Source: Succinatimonas sp. (lineage in GTDB: Bacteria > Pseudomonadota > Gammaproteobacteria > Enterobacterales > Succinivibrionaceae). Taken from it: a DNA stretch of 64,000 bases. The stretch's first letter is position 1, and the number at the start of each line of letters is the position of its first letter. The notes beneath the pieces are model-generated. The model worked only from the letters and a program-made list of their open reading frames with translations, did not search any database and was not told where the DNA came from. Location of the stretch: NCBI GenBank assembly GCA_022779845.1, contig JALEXT010000022.1, positions 3,270 to 67,269 of the forward strand. The letters run 5' to 3'. Shown here piece after piece: positions 32,518-42,862 of the stretch. The position numbers and the translations under genes are program-made.

Positions 32518-33233
32518 AAAAATATTCGCAATTCTTCAAGTGAAGAAAGTTTTATATGCGGCAAAACTCTCAAAGCTTTGAAACCGACACATTTACCGAC
32601 AATACCGCCTTCAAGCCAAGCACACATGCATCCGGCCCCGACAGAACCTGCAACGTCGGTAAACGGATCATCACCCACATGTAATATTTCTTCTGGATGC
32701 AGAGACATTACTTTGGCGTAGTCATGAAAAAGATCCGGGGACGGCTTGCAACGATTACCACCGATATGCGGTCTGAAATCATAATCAAAATACGGTTTAA
32801 GACCGCTTTTTTGCAGATCTGAATTACCGTTTGAAATTGCCGCTAAAGTATATTTTTTTTTAAGATCGCCCAAAAGATTAAAAGTCGATATCGGTACCTT
32901 TATTTCAGATCTTATACATACAAACTCGGAGGTAAGCATTTTTGCCGCGTCAATTGAAAGTATTCTTCCCAATTTAGCAAATCCTTCCGTCAGACAGGTT
33001 TGCCGCAATACACTCATATCGCTGGCACATTCCGGCCTTTTTCTTAGTACGGAAGCTCTTACATCATCCCAAAAATTTCTGTTTGCAACTTCAGGAGGAA
33101 GGCGATAACGTTCCTGCAGTAATTTTGCAAAACGTTCTTCGGCACGATTGATCACAGGGATATTGTCATAAAGGGTATCATCCAAATCAAAAGACAATGC
33201 TTTAATACAGCCGATATTCTTATAAAAGATCAC
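32514..33233 (-). CDS. yigB: HAD-family phosphatase (YigB-like)
   Basis: FDLDDTLYDN, SNGN, KPSPDLF, LHVGDD..TDV.G; synteny. Confidence 0.85.
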   Translation of the reverse strand: MIFYKNIGCIKALSFDLDDTLYDNIPVINRAEERFAKLLQERYRLPPEVANRNFWDDVRASVLRKRPECASDMSVLRQTCLTEGFAKLGRILSIDAAKMLTSEFVCIRSEIKVPISTFNLLGDLKKKYTLAAISNGNSDLQKSGLKPYFDYDFRPHIGGNRCKPSPDLFHDYAKVMSLHPEEILHVGDDPFTDVAGSVGAGCMCAWLEGGIVGKCVGFKALRVLPHIKLSSLEELRIFL

Positions 33234-34156
33234 CTGTGCTCCTTTGATTTTATATGAGCTCTCGGGTGAGCTGCATTGTAAACTTTTCTTAAGTGTGCAA
33301 AATCCAAATTGGTATAAATTTGGGTAGCCGCCAATGAAGAATGCCCGAGCATTTCCTGAACCGAACGCAGATCAGCTCCGTTTTCCACCAATTCCGTAGC
33401 AAAAGAATGACGTAATTTGTGAGGAAAAATATCGATATTAAGTTCTGCTTTTTGCGCCAGTTTCTTCAAATTCTGCTCAACGGCGCGTGTGGTCATAGCT
33501 TTGCCGTAGCGGCTCACAAATAAGGCATCATCAACCGGATTAAACAAAGGCCGTGATTTTAAATAAGTAGCAATACGCTCCCTAGCCTTACTTCCCACCG
33601 GTACTATCCTGGTTTTGCCCCCTTTACCGGCTACGATACGAACCTCTTCTTGCTGCGCATCATAATCACCAAGGCGTAATGCCGTAAGTTCACTGACACG
33701 TAATCCGGATGAATATAAAAGTTCTGCTATTGCCAAATCTCGTAATTCCTGAGGAGTTTTAGCTTCAATATCCAGTAATTTTGCTAATTCAGTCCCAGTG
33801 AGAATTTTAGGCAGGGCTCTTTTGACTTTTGGTGCTTTGATAAACTCAAAAGGATTTGTTTTAAGCCGTTCTTTCATGATCATAAAAGAAAAAAAACTGC
33901 TTAAAACATAAAGATCGTGAGCAACACTTGAAGAAGATAATCTTTGCGCTTCTTGTCCGAAATTAAACTCACGAGCCAAGATCCGCATTTCGGAAAGTTC
34001 AATCTCTTCCCATGACTTTATTTGAGGAGCTTGAGCAGATAAAGCATCTACTGCTTTTTTCAACGCACGACGATACGATGCAACCGTAGCATCACTGTAA
34101 CGTCGTTCATGTTCAAGGCAGGAAATGAAATCCTCGATGTCACTGTCAAGGCTCAT
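33230..34156 (-). CDS. xerC: tyrosine recombinase XerC
   Basis: RDLAIAELLYSSGLRVSEL, GKGGKTR, PHKLRHSFAT, GADLRSVQEMLGHSSLAATQIYT; dapF-xerC synteny. Confidence 0.93.
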   Translation of the reverse strand: MSLDSDIEDFISCLEHERRYSDATVASYRRALKKAVDALSAQAPQIKSWEEIELSEMRILAREFNFGQEAQRLSSSSVAHDLYVLSSFFSFMIMKERLKTNPFEFIKAPKVKRALPKILTGTELAKLLDIEAKTPQELRDLAIAELLYSSGLRVSELTALRLGDYDAQQEEVRIVAGKGGKTRIVPVGSKARERIATYLKSRPLFNPVDDALFVSRYGKAMTTRAVEQNLKKLAQKAELNIDIFPHKLRHSFATELVENGADLRSVQEMLGHSSLAATQIYTNLDFAHLRKVYNAAHPRAHIKSKEHR

Positions 34157-34183
34157 GTTTATACCGGTAATATATCGATCGTA

Positions 34184-35017
34184 TCAAACGATAATACTTC
34201 CCTCAAAAACCCGTACCGCATCTCCGGTCATCATCACGGGTCCTGAAGATCCGTCCCATGAAAGCTTAAGTTTTCCACCTTTTAACAATACGGTTACCGG
34301 AGATGCAACCCGTCCTTGTCTGATCGCAGCGCATACTGCAGCACAGGCTCCTGATCCGCAAGCCAAAGTTTCACCGCACCCGCGCTCAAACACACGCAGT
34401 TTCATAGAATGAGTGTCAAGTACCTGAGCAAATCCTACATTAACCCGTTCAGGAAAATCTTCGTGATTTTCAAGTTGCGGTCCCAAAATTTCAACCGGAG
34501 CTTGATTCACGTCATCCCAAAAAGTTACAAAATGCGGATTACCCATGGAGACAGCTCCACCTTCTACGGTACTTCCGTCTTTTAACTGCAAAACATAGCT
34601 TTTTTGTTCAGCCGATGCTTTAAACGGTAAAGCTTCAGGAGAAAATTTCGGAGTTCCCATATTTACGGTTACGGTTCCGTCATCATTTATTTTTAGTTTA
34701 AGTTTGCCGGAAACCGTAGTAACGTTAATTTCTTTTTTACAAATAAGTCCGTGATCCAGCACGAATTTGGCGAAGCATCTGGCACCGTTACCGCACATTT
34801 GAACTTCTGAACCGTCGGCATTGAAAATGCGATAGTGAAAATCGGCTTCAGGATCATAGGGAGGTTCAACTACCAAAAGCTGATCAAACCCCACGCCAAA
34901 ATGTCTGTCAGATAACTTTTTTATAAGCTCTTTACTGAAAAAAACTTTTTGAGTAACGGCATTGACCACCATGAAGTCATTGCCCAAACCTTGCATTTTA
35001 GTAAATTTCAAAAGCAT
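34184..35017 (-). CDS. dapF: diaminopimelate epimerase
   Basis: [38 protein letters not shown]. Confidence 0.97.
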   Translation of the reverse strand: MLLKFTKMQGLGNDFMVVNAVTQKVFFSKELIKKLSDRHFGVGFDQLLVVEPPYDPEADFHYRIFNADGSEVQMCGNGARCFAKFVLDHGLICKKEINVTTVSGKLKLKINDDGTVTVNMGTPKFSPEALPFKASAEQKSYVLQLKDGSTVEGGAVSMGNPHFVTFWDDVNQAPVEILGPQLENHEDFPERVNVGFAQVLDTHSMKLRVFERGCGETLACGSGACAAVCAAIRQGRVASPVTVLLKGGKLKLSWDGSSGPVMMTGDAVRVFEGSIIV

Positions 35018-35111
35018 GGTCTTTTTCCTCTTTAAGATCCGAGATTGTCCTCAATACTCTCTGCATCTGCGCAAAATCCCAGATCATTTTCTAATTTGAA
35101 TTTTGTGAATC

Positions 35112-36359
35112 TTATTCGGGAATATTTTCTAATTCCCACATTTCTTCAAACTTCTGACGACGACGGATCACAGAGACTTTGTCACCGTCTACCAAAAGCT
35201 CACAACTTAAACGGCGGCTGTTGTAATTTGACGACATACTGCTTCCGTAAGCTCCGGCACCGCGAACTGCCAAAATGTCACCTTGTTCTGCAGCAAGAAT
35301 TCTGTCTTTGCCCAAAAAATCATCGCTTTCGCAAATCGGTCCGACTACATCACAACAATTCTCTTCATCCTGAGGACGAACTTTGGCATTCACTATGGTC
35401 ATATGCGCGTTATAAAGAGCAGGACGTATCAGATCGTTCATGGCCCCGTCGGTTACCAAAAAACGTTTTTCTCCGTTTCTTTTCTTGTAAATAACCTTAG
35501 CTGCCAAAATCCCGGCATTTGCTACCATGGCACGTCCAGGTTCTATATAGAGCTCGCAGTCAAGTTTCTTAAAGCGCTCGCAAATTCCGTCAAAGAAATC
35601 ATCAGGAGACGGCGGCAATTCGTTATCATAGGTAACTCCAAGTCCTCCTCCCAGATCGATATGTCCTATCTTGATCCCTGCTTTAAGCAATTTTTCGTAG
35701 AACGGGATGATCACGTCGGCAGCTTCCAAAATTGGAACCGAAGACGTCATCTGCGATCCGATGTGACAATCTATTCCCTGCACATTTAAATTTGGATCTT
35801 TGTTCATCTCAAGATAAAGCTCGTAGGCTTCATCTGTAGCTATACCAAACTTATTATTTTTCAAACCGGTAGAAATTGCAGGTAAGGTTCTAGCATCGAC
35901 ATCGGGGTTTATACGTAATGCTACAGGAGCTTTGAGGCCAAGACGTTTGGCTACTCTTTTTATAGCTTCAACCTCTGCAGACGATTCCGCATTTATACAA
36001 CGAATACCGTTTACAAGAGCAAACTCCAATTCATCATCCGTTTTGCCTACCCCGGAAAAAACGGTCTTTTTAGGATCTCCTCCGGCAGCAATTACACGTC
36101 TTAGCTCTCCTTCGGAAACAACGTCGAAGCCTGCTCCCAGCTTTGCCATCAAATTCAGCACAGCCAAATTAGAATTAGACTTGACGCTGTAACAAACAAG
36201 ATGAGGGATCCTGTTAAGTGCATGTTCAAATGCACGGTAATGACGTTCCAAAGTGGCTTTTGAATAGATGTATAGGGGAGTTCCGTATTTTTTTGCCAGA
36301 TCTTCGACCTTTACATCTTCTGCATATAAATTGCCGTCTTTAAAATTGAAATAATCCAT
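35112..36359 (-). CDS. lysA: diaminopimelate decarboxylase
   Basis: YSVKSNSN, HIGSQ, DLGGGLG, EPGR, GPICESDD, GAYGSSMSSNYN. Confidence 0.96.
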   Translation of the reverse strand: MDYFNFKDGNLYAEDVKVEDLAKKYGTPLYIYSKATLERHYRAFEHALNRIPHLVCYSVKSNSNLAVLNLMAKLGAGFDVVSEGELRRVIAAGGDPKKTVFSGVGKTDDELEFALVNGIRCINAESSAEVEAIKRVAKRLGLKAPVALRINPDVDARTLPAISTGLKNNKFGIATDEAYELYLEMNKDPNLNVQGIDCHIGSQMTSSVPILEAADVIIPFYEKLLKAGIKIGHIDLGGGLGVTYDNELPPSPDDFFDGICERFKKLDCELYIEPGRAMVANAGILAAKVIYKKRNGEKRFLVTDGAMNDLIRPALYNAHMTIVNAKVRPQDEENCCDVVGPICESDDFLGKDRILAAEQGDILAVRGAGAYGSSMSSNYNSRRLSCELLVDGDKVSVIRRRQKFEEMWELENIPE

Positions 36360-36448
36360 CTTTTTGTGTAACCAGTTGTTATATATATTGTTGTAACAGT
36401 GATATGCCGGCGATAATTCCGCGCTACATTAAAAATTCTTTCGATTTG

Positions 36449-36649
36449 TCATGGCTGAGCTTTGCTTTGAATCGATGCAGTCGCTTCGTTAGCGTAAGAA
36501 TTGTGCCCTAAATGGTTCTCGTTGTTTTGTTCATTCGACGCAATTTGCAATTTTGCACCGTCAGGAGGCATATATAAGGGACCTTTAATTCCGCATCCTC
36601 CCAAAAACATCAGCTCCAAGACGGCAAATACCAAAACTAATCTCTTCAC
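36449..36649 (-). CDS. lptM: small lipoprotein LptM/YifL (LppL family)
   Basis: Lipobox plus family motif LGGCGIKGPLYMP; GTG at 36649 after GGAGG; sits upstream of lysA/dapF as in related genomes. Confidence 0.8.
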   Translation of the reverse strand: MKRLVLVFAVLELMFLGGCGIKGPLYMPPDGAKLQIASNEQNNENHLGHNSYANEATASIQSKAQP

Positions 36650-36761
36650 AAAGCATCCTCCCGTCGACATCGGACAAAACCTGCATCTGTACCCTTTGGC
36701 AAGCCGTTGCTAAAATAACATGAAAATACCGAAGGTTGAGCTTTTTTTGGGACCTTATAAA

Positions 36762-39230
36762 TCACATGCTGATTGAAAAAGGGTGTACCGATGAAAAATC
36801 CGGACTTAGAACAAAATACTGCGGTAAATTAAAATTGACCGCTCCGTCCTGATCAGCGTCGTTTTGGTGCGTACAAAAACGATTAACCGCATTCACTAGA
36901 TCAGAACGCGATCCGCAATAATCACGGTATACGCTTACCTCGTTACACTCATCAGCTACGTAAATATCCCAATGTCCCTTGAGCTTAAGCGGCGCAAAAA
37001 AATACTGAGAAATTCCGGCCGAGGCGCAAGACTCCACAGAAAACGGGACCTGCAGAGCATACTCAGGACGCATGCCAAAACGTGTAAGCACGGTAATATC
37101 CAATCCGTTCATGCCGAACGGCTGATGTCTGACAATTGATACCCCTCGACTGCCTGCTGCCTTTGCCGTATAAGTTTCAGCCCCTGCTTCAAAAGTATAT
37201 GATGCTTCTGGATCTGCCACGCACCAGGAAAGCTCTCTAAGCAAATTTTCCAAGTCATAACGGATCAACTCGCTGAAAGTTTTCGAACAGGAAAAGAAAT
37301 TTACGTGTTTTAAAAAACCTCTGTCTTTTTCATATTTGGCATTTTGACGCATGATGTAAGTCATAAGCTCAACTATGCCCATTCCGCCGTTACGAAAATG
37401 ATGGCAATTCACTTCTCCCCAACTGTTAATCGTAACTGCGCTTATCGATCCAACGGCACAATGTCTGTCATGTCCCATGCTCAACACAGAACCTTCGGCA
37501 GGAGCATAAAAAGAAAATGAACGGTCTTCGGTGGCATCAATTTCAAAGTTCAAAATAACCAGACATTCACGAATTCTTCTGGTACGCGACAATTCTTTTT
37601 GGTCAACTTTGAAGTTATTTTCGTTAAAAAAAAGTCTCAACCGTTCGGATAAACGTCTTATTTTGGACGTATCCGTACCGGCGATTTCACTGTTTTGCGC
37701 ATAAACCGCCGTTTCAGAACCGTATATGCGGTTATACACGGTCCAAAGTAAAGCTTCGGTAAGAGATCCAGAAACATAGATTTCCTTTTTACTCAACAAT
37801 TCATAAGGATCCAATGTTGCCGGATATACATGCCAACCGCTGCGACAGATTGATTCTGAACCTGTATGAATGAAGGTAAGACCTTTTTGGGTAACAGAAC
37901 CTGATAGACTGCGGCTTAAATGCAGGATTTTTCCCTCATAAAGATCATATGCAGCATAAAGTTTTCTTGATAAAACTCCTGCATCATCAGACGTGATCGC
38001 ATACTCAATACCATGACTTACGGAAAAACCTAAAAGAGCTCTGTAACTTTTAACAAATGACGAAAAAAGTTCTTGCTCAGTTTTAAGCACTATCTCCACA
38101 TCATATTCTTTAGAAATCTCTGCAAATTCAACTTCCCGTTGATCCCATCCCCACAATGAGGACAAACGGCGTAACAAAGCTCTTCTTTGCGCTCGTGCTT
38201 TGCACTCCGGCATACTGCGTACAGCCTGTGCAATTTTTGAAAAAAAACAGCGTTTTACTAACTGCAAACGTTCATGATCATGTATACGTCTTAAATATTT
38301 GCTTACCCTGCGAAACATCAAACAATATGCATCTTCATTCAAAGCATAATGAGCCTGATTAAAAAGATTTCGCTTGAAAACGGTAGAGACCAATTCACCG
38401 GAAGGATAATCGGCAGCATAAGCCTCCATGAGCAGACTTTTTAACACTGCCTTAAAAGGCGAATCTATCCCCTTATACAATAACCACAAGCCGGATCCGA
38501 AATATTCAGAAGGAGAACTTTTCACGACACTTCCGAAATCAAACCAAAGCATTTCGTCGCCAAAGCCTGAATTAACTATGGCCTGTGCCGCTTCTTTATA
38601 ATTTTCAGCTTCTTCTTCCGGCGAAACCAAATACCATAAAATACAGCGACCGCAGATGTGTATGGAACTGCGGTAAAACTCATCTAAAAGGAACAAAGAT
38701 TGAGCACTTCCGCAATCTTCAGTATCCATAACACCGCAAGAACCTGAGATAAAACGATCTTCCGGCGTAATAAAAAGATTAATTTCAGCCCCTAAAATGG
38801 CAGCATAAGCAGTAATAAAAGAACATTTTTCTTTCAAAGCCGCCGCTTCGTCAGCAGGAAGAGTGGATTCTACACAAACCCACAAATCAAGATCAGAACT
38901 AACCCCCTGCCCGACTGACGAAGTGCTACCCATGCAATACAAAGCTTTCACCGTATGTTTTCCGCGAGCACTGGTATAAGGGTCAACCCCCAATTTCAAC
39001 AACCAGTCACGTTGAAATTCAGAAGGTGAAAAATTATCAATACCGAACGGTACAATCTCTCCGCGGTATCCGGGGATCTTAGGATCGTTAAAATGCAAGA
39101 AAAGCGGAACAAGTTCAAAAAGCTTTCTAGTCCGTCTGTCCATGACGGACAACGCAATAGACATACGTTTGGCATTAAACGCCATATAGCGTTCATACCT
39201 TGCTGATACTTCTTCTTTAGTAATAACCAT
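36762..39230 (-). CDS. cyaA: class I adenylate cyclase
   Basis: LYCMGSTSSVGQGVSSDLDLW, EDCGSAQ..LLDEFYRS, LWLLYKGIDSPFKAVLK, NSWGEV. Confidence 0.93.
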   Translation of the reverse strand: MVITKEEVSARYERYMAFNAKRMSIALSVMDRRTRKLFELVPLFLHFNDPKIPGYRGEIVPFGIDNFSPSEFQRDWLLKLGVDPYTSARGKHTVKALYCMGSTSSVGQGVSSDLDLWVCVESTLPADEAAALKEKCSFITAYAAILGAEINLFITPEDRFISGSCGVMDTEDCGSAQSLFLLDEFYRSSIHICGRCILWYLVSPEEEAENYKEAAQAIVNSGFGDEMLWFDFGSVVKSSPSEYFGSGLWLLYKGIDSPFKAVLKSLLMEAYAADYPSGELVSTVFKRNLFNQAHYALNEDAYCLMFRRVSKYLRRIHDHERLQLVKRCFFSKIAQAVRSMPECKARAQRRALLRRLSSLWGWDQREVEFAEISKEYDVEIVLKTEQELFSSFVKSYRALLGFSVSHGIEYAITSDDAGVLSRKLYAAYDLYEGKILHLSRSLSGSVTQKGLTFIHTGSESICRSGWHVYPATLDPYELLSKKEIYVSGSLTEALLWTVYNRIYGSETAVYAQNSEIAGTDTSKIRRLSERLRLFFNENNFKVDQKELSRTRRIRECLVILNFEIDATEDRSFSFYAPAEGSVLSMGHDRHCAVGSISAVTINSWGEVNCHHFRNGGMGIVELMTYIMRQNAKYEKDRGFLKHVNFFSCSKTFSELIRYDLENLLRELSWCVADPEASYTFEAGAETYTAKAAGSRGVSIVRHQPFGMNGLDITVLTRFGMRPEYALQVPFSVESCASAGISQYFFAPLKLKGHWDIYVADECNEVSVYRDYCGSRSDLVNAVNRFCTHQNDADQDGAVNFNLPQYFVLSPDFSSVHPFSISM

Positions 39231-39759
39231 ATTGCATTGAAATCACTCTTTTTGAATATGAGAATTTTATACTATTATTACCTTTATCAGCACAAAAGCT
39301 GAAACTTGTATCCGTTCAAGAATCTCCTAACCTTTCTTCCCTTGCTGACTGCACAATAACTTTACCTGAGTGATAATTTTAAAAATCTATACTTATATTT
39401 AATATGTATGCATATATATATCATTTAAGATAAATGATAAAATATCGACAAAAACGCATTAGCAATAAATTTGTTTATTATCAATTAATTATATTTATCA
39501 AGCTATTAATTTTAAAAGCATCTTTTATTCAATTCAATAATATCCAATAAACTCACATAACTATAATTAAATTTCTTTATTTGAATTAAACCCTAAAACA
39601 AAATTATCATTTTGATGTTATTTTTATAAAAATGATTATTGTCACAACAAACGCTTTTAGTATCTATTAAGATCCTTGTGATAAAATCCAAATCATCTGT
39701 ACGGAAAGGATATCCACCCCGTTCCATCTTTTGGGCATGCATAAGGTTTTGAGGTTGAA

Positions 39760-41094
39760 ATGACAGACAGCTCCAAGAAAAATCAGGATCAGCATCAGGA
39801 AATCTCTCCTGCAAAACTCGATGCCGAAGTTACGGCCATTGAAGAACAGGCTGCTTCCATGAAAAAAGCAGAACAAGCAGATGTCGGCAAAAAAAACACG
39901 ATCAAACAAAATTTAGTGTCTGATACAGATCAAATCAAACAAATACGATCAAAAACGACTCTGCTTTCTGCCGCAATTCTGATCCTTGCCATAGCAGGAG
40001 CCGGCGGCGCATGGTACTTAAATCAAAATCTGCAACAAGCCGTAAACGAATCAAGTTTATTAAAAATTTCAGCAAAAGAAGCTCAGGATCATTCAGAAAG
40101 ATTGTTGACTGCGTTCTCCGAACAAAACCAACGCATTGAAGATCTGTTGGCATCAAATGAAAAATTAAAAAAAGAAAATCAGGATCTTAAATCCGTCATC
40201 GACGGACAAATTTCTTCACTGTCAACTCGATTGGACAACGCGGAAAAAGGTTTGGGTACTGCTTCAGCAGAACTAAAACGTTACGAAGATCGTAATCCTG
40301 ACGATTGGAAATTGGCTCAGGCCTATTTTTTGGTAAACAGTGCCTTTCAAACGGCCGTATTTCAATCCGATGCAACATCCGCTATTTGGTGTCTCAAAGA
40401 TGCCGACGCCATGCTTATCAATATTGAAGATCCGGATGTAATAAAAGTTAGAAAAGCCATTGCAAGTGATCTGCTGAAACTTGCCAATCTTCCTTCAGTA
40501 GACAAGCGCGGAATACTGTTCAAAATTGACAGCGTCTGCGAAAACCTAAATACCATGACTCTCAACGGTCTGGACGGTGAATTTTCCGGTAACAAATCAC
40601 AAATCAATACGCAATTACAAAAAGATCCTGCCAATTGGAAGGAAAATTTGTGGAATTCCGTCAAAAATTTCTCATCTAAATTTATCGAAATAAGACGTCG
40701 CGATGAACAAGCTTTAAGTGATTTTTTATCCTCCTCTCAAGCTCAAACTTTACAAGAAAACATTCGAGCTTTGCTGTTACTCTCAAAGCAAGCGTTGATT
40801 CAAAGCGATCCGCAGGCTTTCCGTAGCAATATAGAGCAATCTATAAATCTTATAAAAAAATACTACGATCCTTCCGGAGATACGTTTAAAGCTAATCTGG
40901 ACGCTCTTGAATCGGTAAAAGATTTACAAATCAGTGTTGACGTACCGAGCGTACTTTCAAGCTACTCCGTATTTCGCGAAATAGCATCCTCGCGAATACG
41001 CATCATCAGTCCCTCAACTGATGTGAACAAACAGAATACGACTCAGGCATCAGACGGAGACGACAATTCTTCTGAACAGGAGATCAATAAATGA
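39760..41094 (+). CDS. hemX: HemX-family membrane-anchored coiled-coil protein
   Basis: Single TM (AGAGGAWY), coiled coil, DWKLAQAYFLV, WKENLW...FIEIRRR; divergent from cyaA and followed by hemY. Confidence 0.8.
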   Translation: MTDSSKKNQDQHQEISPAKLDAEVTAIEEQAASMKKAEQADVGKKNTIKQNLVSDTDQIKQIRSKTTLLSAAILILAIAGAGGAWYLNQNLQQAVNESSLLKISAKEAQDHSERLLTAFSEQNQRIEDLLASNEKLKKENQDLKSVIDGQISSLSTRLDNAEKGLGTASAELKRYEDRNPDDWKLAQAYFLVNSAFQTAVFQSDATSAIWCLKDADAMLINIEDPDVIKVRKAIASDLLKLANLPSVDKRGILFKIDSVCENLNTMTLNGLDGEFSGNKSQINTQLQKDPANWKENLWNSVKNFSSKFIEIRRRDEQALSDFLSSSQAQTLQENIRALLLLSKQALIQSDPQAFRSNIEQSINLIKKYYDPSGDTFKANLDALESVKDLQISVDVPSVLSSYSVFREIASSRIRIISPSTDVNKQNTTQASDGDDNSSEQEINK

Positions 41095-42308
41095 TAAAGT
41101 TGATCCTGCTGATTGCCATTCTCGCCGCTGCTGTTGCTTTAGGGCCTATGGCTTCTGAGTCTCAAGGCTTCGTACATATTGCCTTTGGCAACTATATAGT
41201 CGAGACCTCGCTGGTTACGGCAACAGCAATTGCCATACTGTTCTTTGTTTTGCTGTGGATCATAACCGGGATTGTCAAACGCTTCATTAAAATTCCCGGA
41301 GGAACTGCTTCATGGTTGCGCAAGCGCAGCCTCCGTAAGTCGCTGTCACTGCAAGACTCAGCCTACCTTGCCTACGAAGAAGGAGATTATGCAAAAACTT
41401 TAAGTTTGCTCTCACGCAGCGGCGATCTTAAGTCTCTGCCCTTACATGCTTTGTTTGTCGGAGCAAAAGCAGCTTTCAATGCAGGAGAATATGAGCGTTG
41501 CCGCGCTTTTCTTGATCAGGCGGCTACGTTTAACGAAGTTTCCTTGGCTGCGTCAAAAATCGTACGTGCCAAACTTAACCTACGTATCAACAATTCCAAG
41601 GCTGCTTTGGAAGATCTTTCTGCATTAAAGCCTTCACAACGCAACAAACTTATCTACAGACTTTACCTACTGTGCTATCAACACGAAAATGATCTGCAAA
41701 AATTGGCAGAAATTTCAGGCGATCTGGTTAAATATAAACTCATAACCGCAGAAGAAGCTGCCAATATCGAAAGCAGATCTCTTAATAAGCGCATGGGCTC
41801 CATGAAGAATGCTGAGGAATTGCAACATCTGTGGAAAACCCTGTCCAAACAAACAAGGCATGACAACGCAGCCCTTGGGGCATATGTCTGCAGATTGATT
41901 CACCTTGGAGATGTGGAACATGCCAAGCCTTTGGCTCTGTCCGTACTCAAAAAAGGATTGGATCCAGATTTTCTTGAAAGCATCGCCAAATGGGACGTGT
42001 GCATTCCTGAAGTCTTAAAAGTACTCAATACTAAAACACAATCAGACGTGATCTCAGGAACATTGAATTTGCCGCTTCTTAAGGCAAAAGCTAATTTGGA
42101 GCTTAAATCAGGGCTATTACAAGAAGCGCTTGATGACTACCGCAGAGCTCTTGAATTTGCCCCCAACGCCGAGATCTACAACAAAATAGGTCAGGTCCTT
42201 GCAAGGCAACAGAACTTTGCCGAAGCTGCAGACTGTTTTATCAAAGCTTCGTCGATAGATGACGGTAACGAGCCCTTACAACTGCCGCTCCCGAAAATAT
42301 ACAATTGA
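41091..42308 (+). CDS. hemY: HemY_N/TPR membrane protein (proteobacterial HemY)
   Basis: QGFVHIAFGNYIVETSL, two TM helices, EEGDY, C-terminal TPR-like helices; ATGA-type overlap with hemX. Confidence 0.82.
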   Translation: MIKLILLIAILAAAVALGPMASESQGFVHIAFGNYIVETSLVTATAIAILFFVLLWIITGIVKRFIKIPGGTASWLRKRSLRKSLSLQDSAYLAYEEGDYAKTLSLLSRSGDLKSLPLHALFVGAKAAFNAGEYERCRAFLDQAATFNEVSLAASKIVRAKLNLRINNSKAALEDLSALKPSQRNKLIYRLYLLCYQHENDLQKLAEISGDLVKYKLITAEEAANIESRSLNKRMGSMKNAEELQHLWKTLSKQTRHDNAALGAYVCRLIHLGDVEHAKPLALSVLKKGLDPDFLESIAKWDVCIPEVLKVLNTKTQSDVISGTLNLPLLKAKANLELKSGLLQEALDDYRRALEFAPNAEIYNKIGQVLARQQNFAEAADCFIKASSIDDGNEPLQLPLPKIYN

Positions 42309-42318
42309 CCTGATGCGC

Positions 42319-42346
42319 AAAAAGGCAGGGAGATCCCTGCCTTTTT
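42319..42346. terminator. bidirectional intrinsic terminator
   Basis: AAAAAGGCAGGGA-GA-TCCCTGCCTTTTT between convergent genes. Confidence 0.85.
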
Positions 42347-42381
42347 AATTACGTACGTTACCATACGGCTTTATAATTTGA

Positions 42382-42831
42382 TCACTGATACAAATTCGGA
42401 TGAGCTTCCCGTTTTAGCTGTTCTGAAATTCTAAGTTCATGATCAGCCTGTTTAAACAGTCTGCTTATATCCTTCGGGACAAAATCACCGCAGGCAGAAA
42501 AGAAAAGATACGCTCTTCCGTCAAAAAAGGTTACCAATCCTGAACAGGGAGCATTGTCTACGTAACGGAACGAGAATCCCCGAAGATCCAGCACAGGTGT
42601 TAATCCCCAGCCGCGATAACGGTCCATCACGTAACGGGCATACTCCTTGGTAGTTGAAACGGAATTGATAGAACGCAGAATACGTAACTGTGCGGTGACA
42701 CTGCCATCGGCTCTGACGAAAGTGACTGCATCCTTGCTTTTGTGCATTTCAAAATCTGAAACATCAGCATAAGCAAGATTAAGGGAAAAAGTTGCTCCCA
42801 AAAGTAACGTTACAACTGCGTTCCTGTTCAA
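42382..42831 (-). CDS. hypothetical exported protein
   Basis: TTG start after AGGAG, signal peptide ending AYA-D, fills the gap between ilvA and the terminator. Confidence 0.7.
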   Translation of the reverse strand: MNRNAVVTLLLGATFSLNLAYADVSDFEMHKSKDAVTFVRADGSVTAQLRILRSINSVSTTKEYARYVMDRYRGWGLTPVLDLRGFSFRYVDNAPCSGLVTFFDGRAYLFFSACGDFVPKDISRLFKQADHELRISEQLKREAHPNLYQ

Positions 42832-42862
42832 CTCCGTTGACTCCTAATAAACCCAAACGTAC

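Noticed and set aside
33230-34156. Tyrosine recombinase as a prophage or island integrase
   Set aside because: Sits in the conserved dapF-xerC-yigB-uvrD operon, so it is housekeeping XerC.
39370-39720. AT-rich tract as a possible replication origin
   Set aside because: No consensus TTATCCACA DnaA boxes (only ATATCCACC-like near matches), no GATC cluster, and no dnaA/gidA/mioC context.
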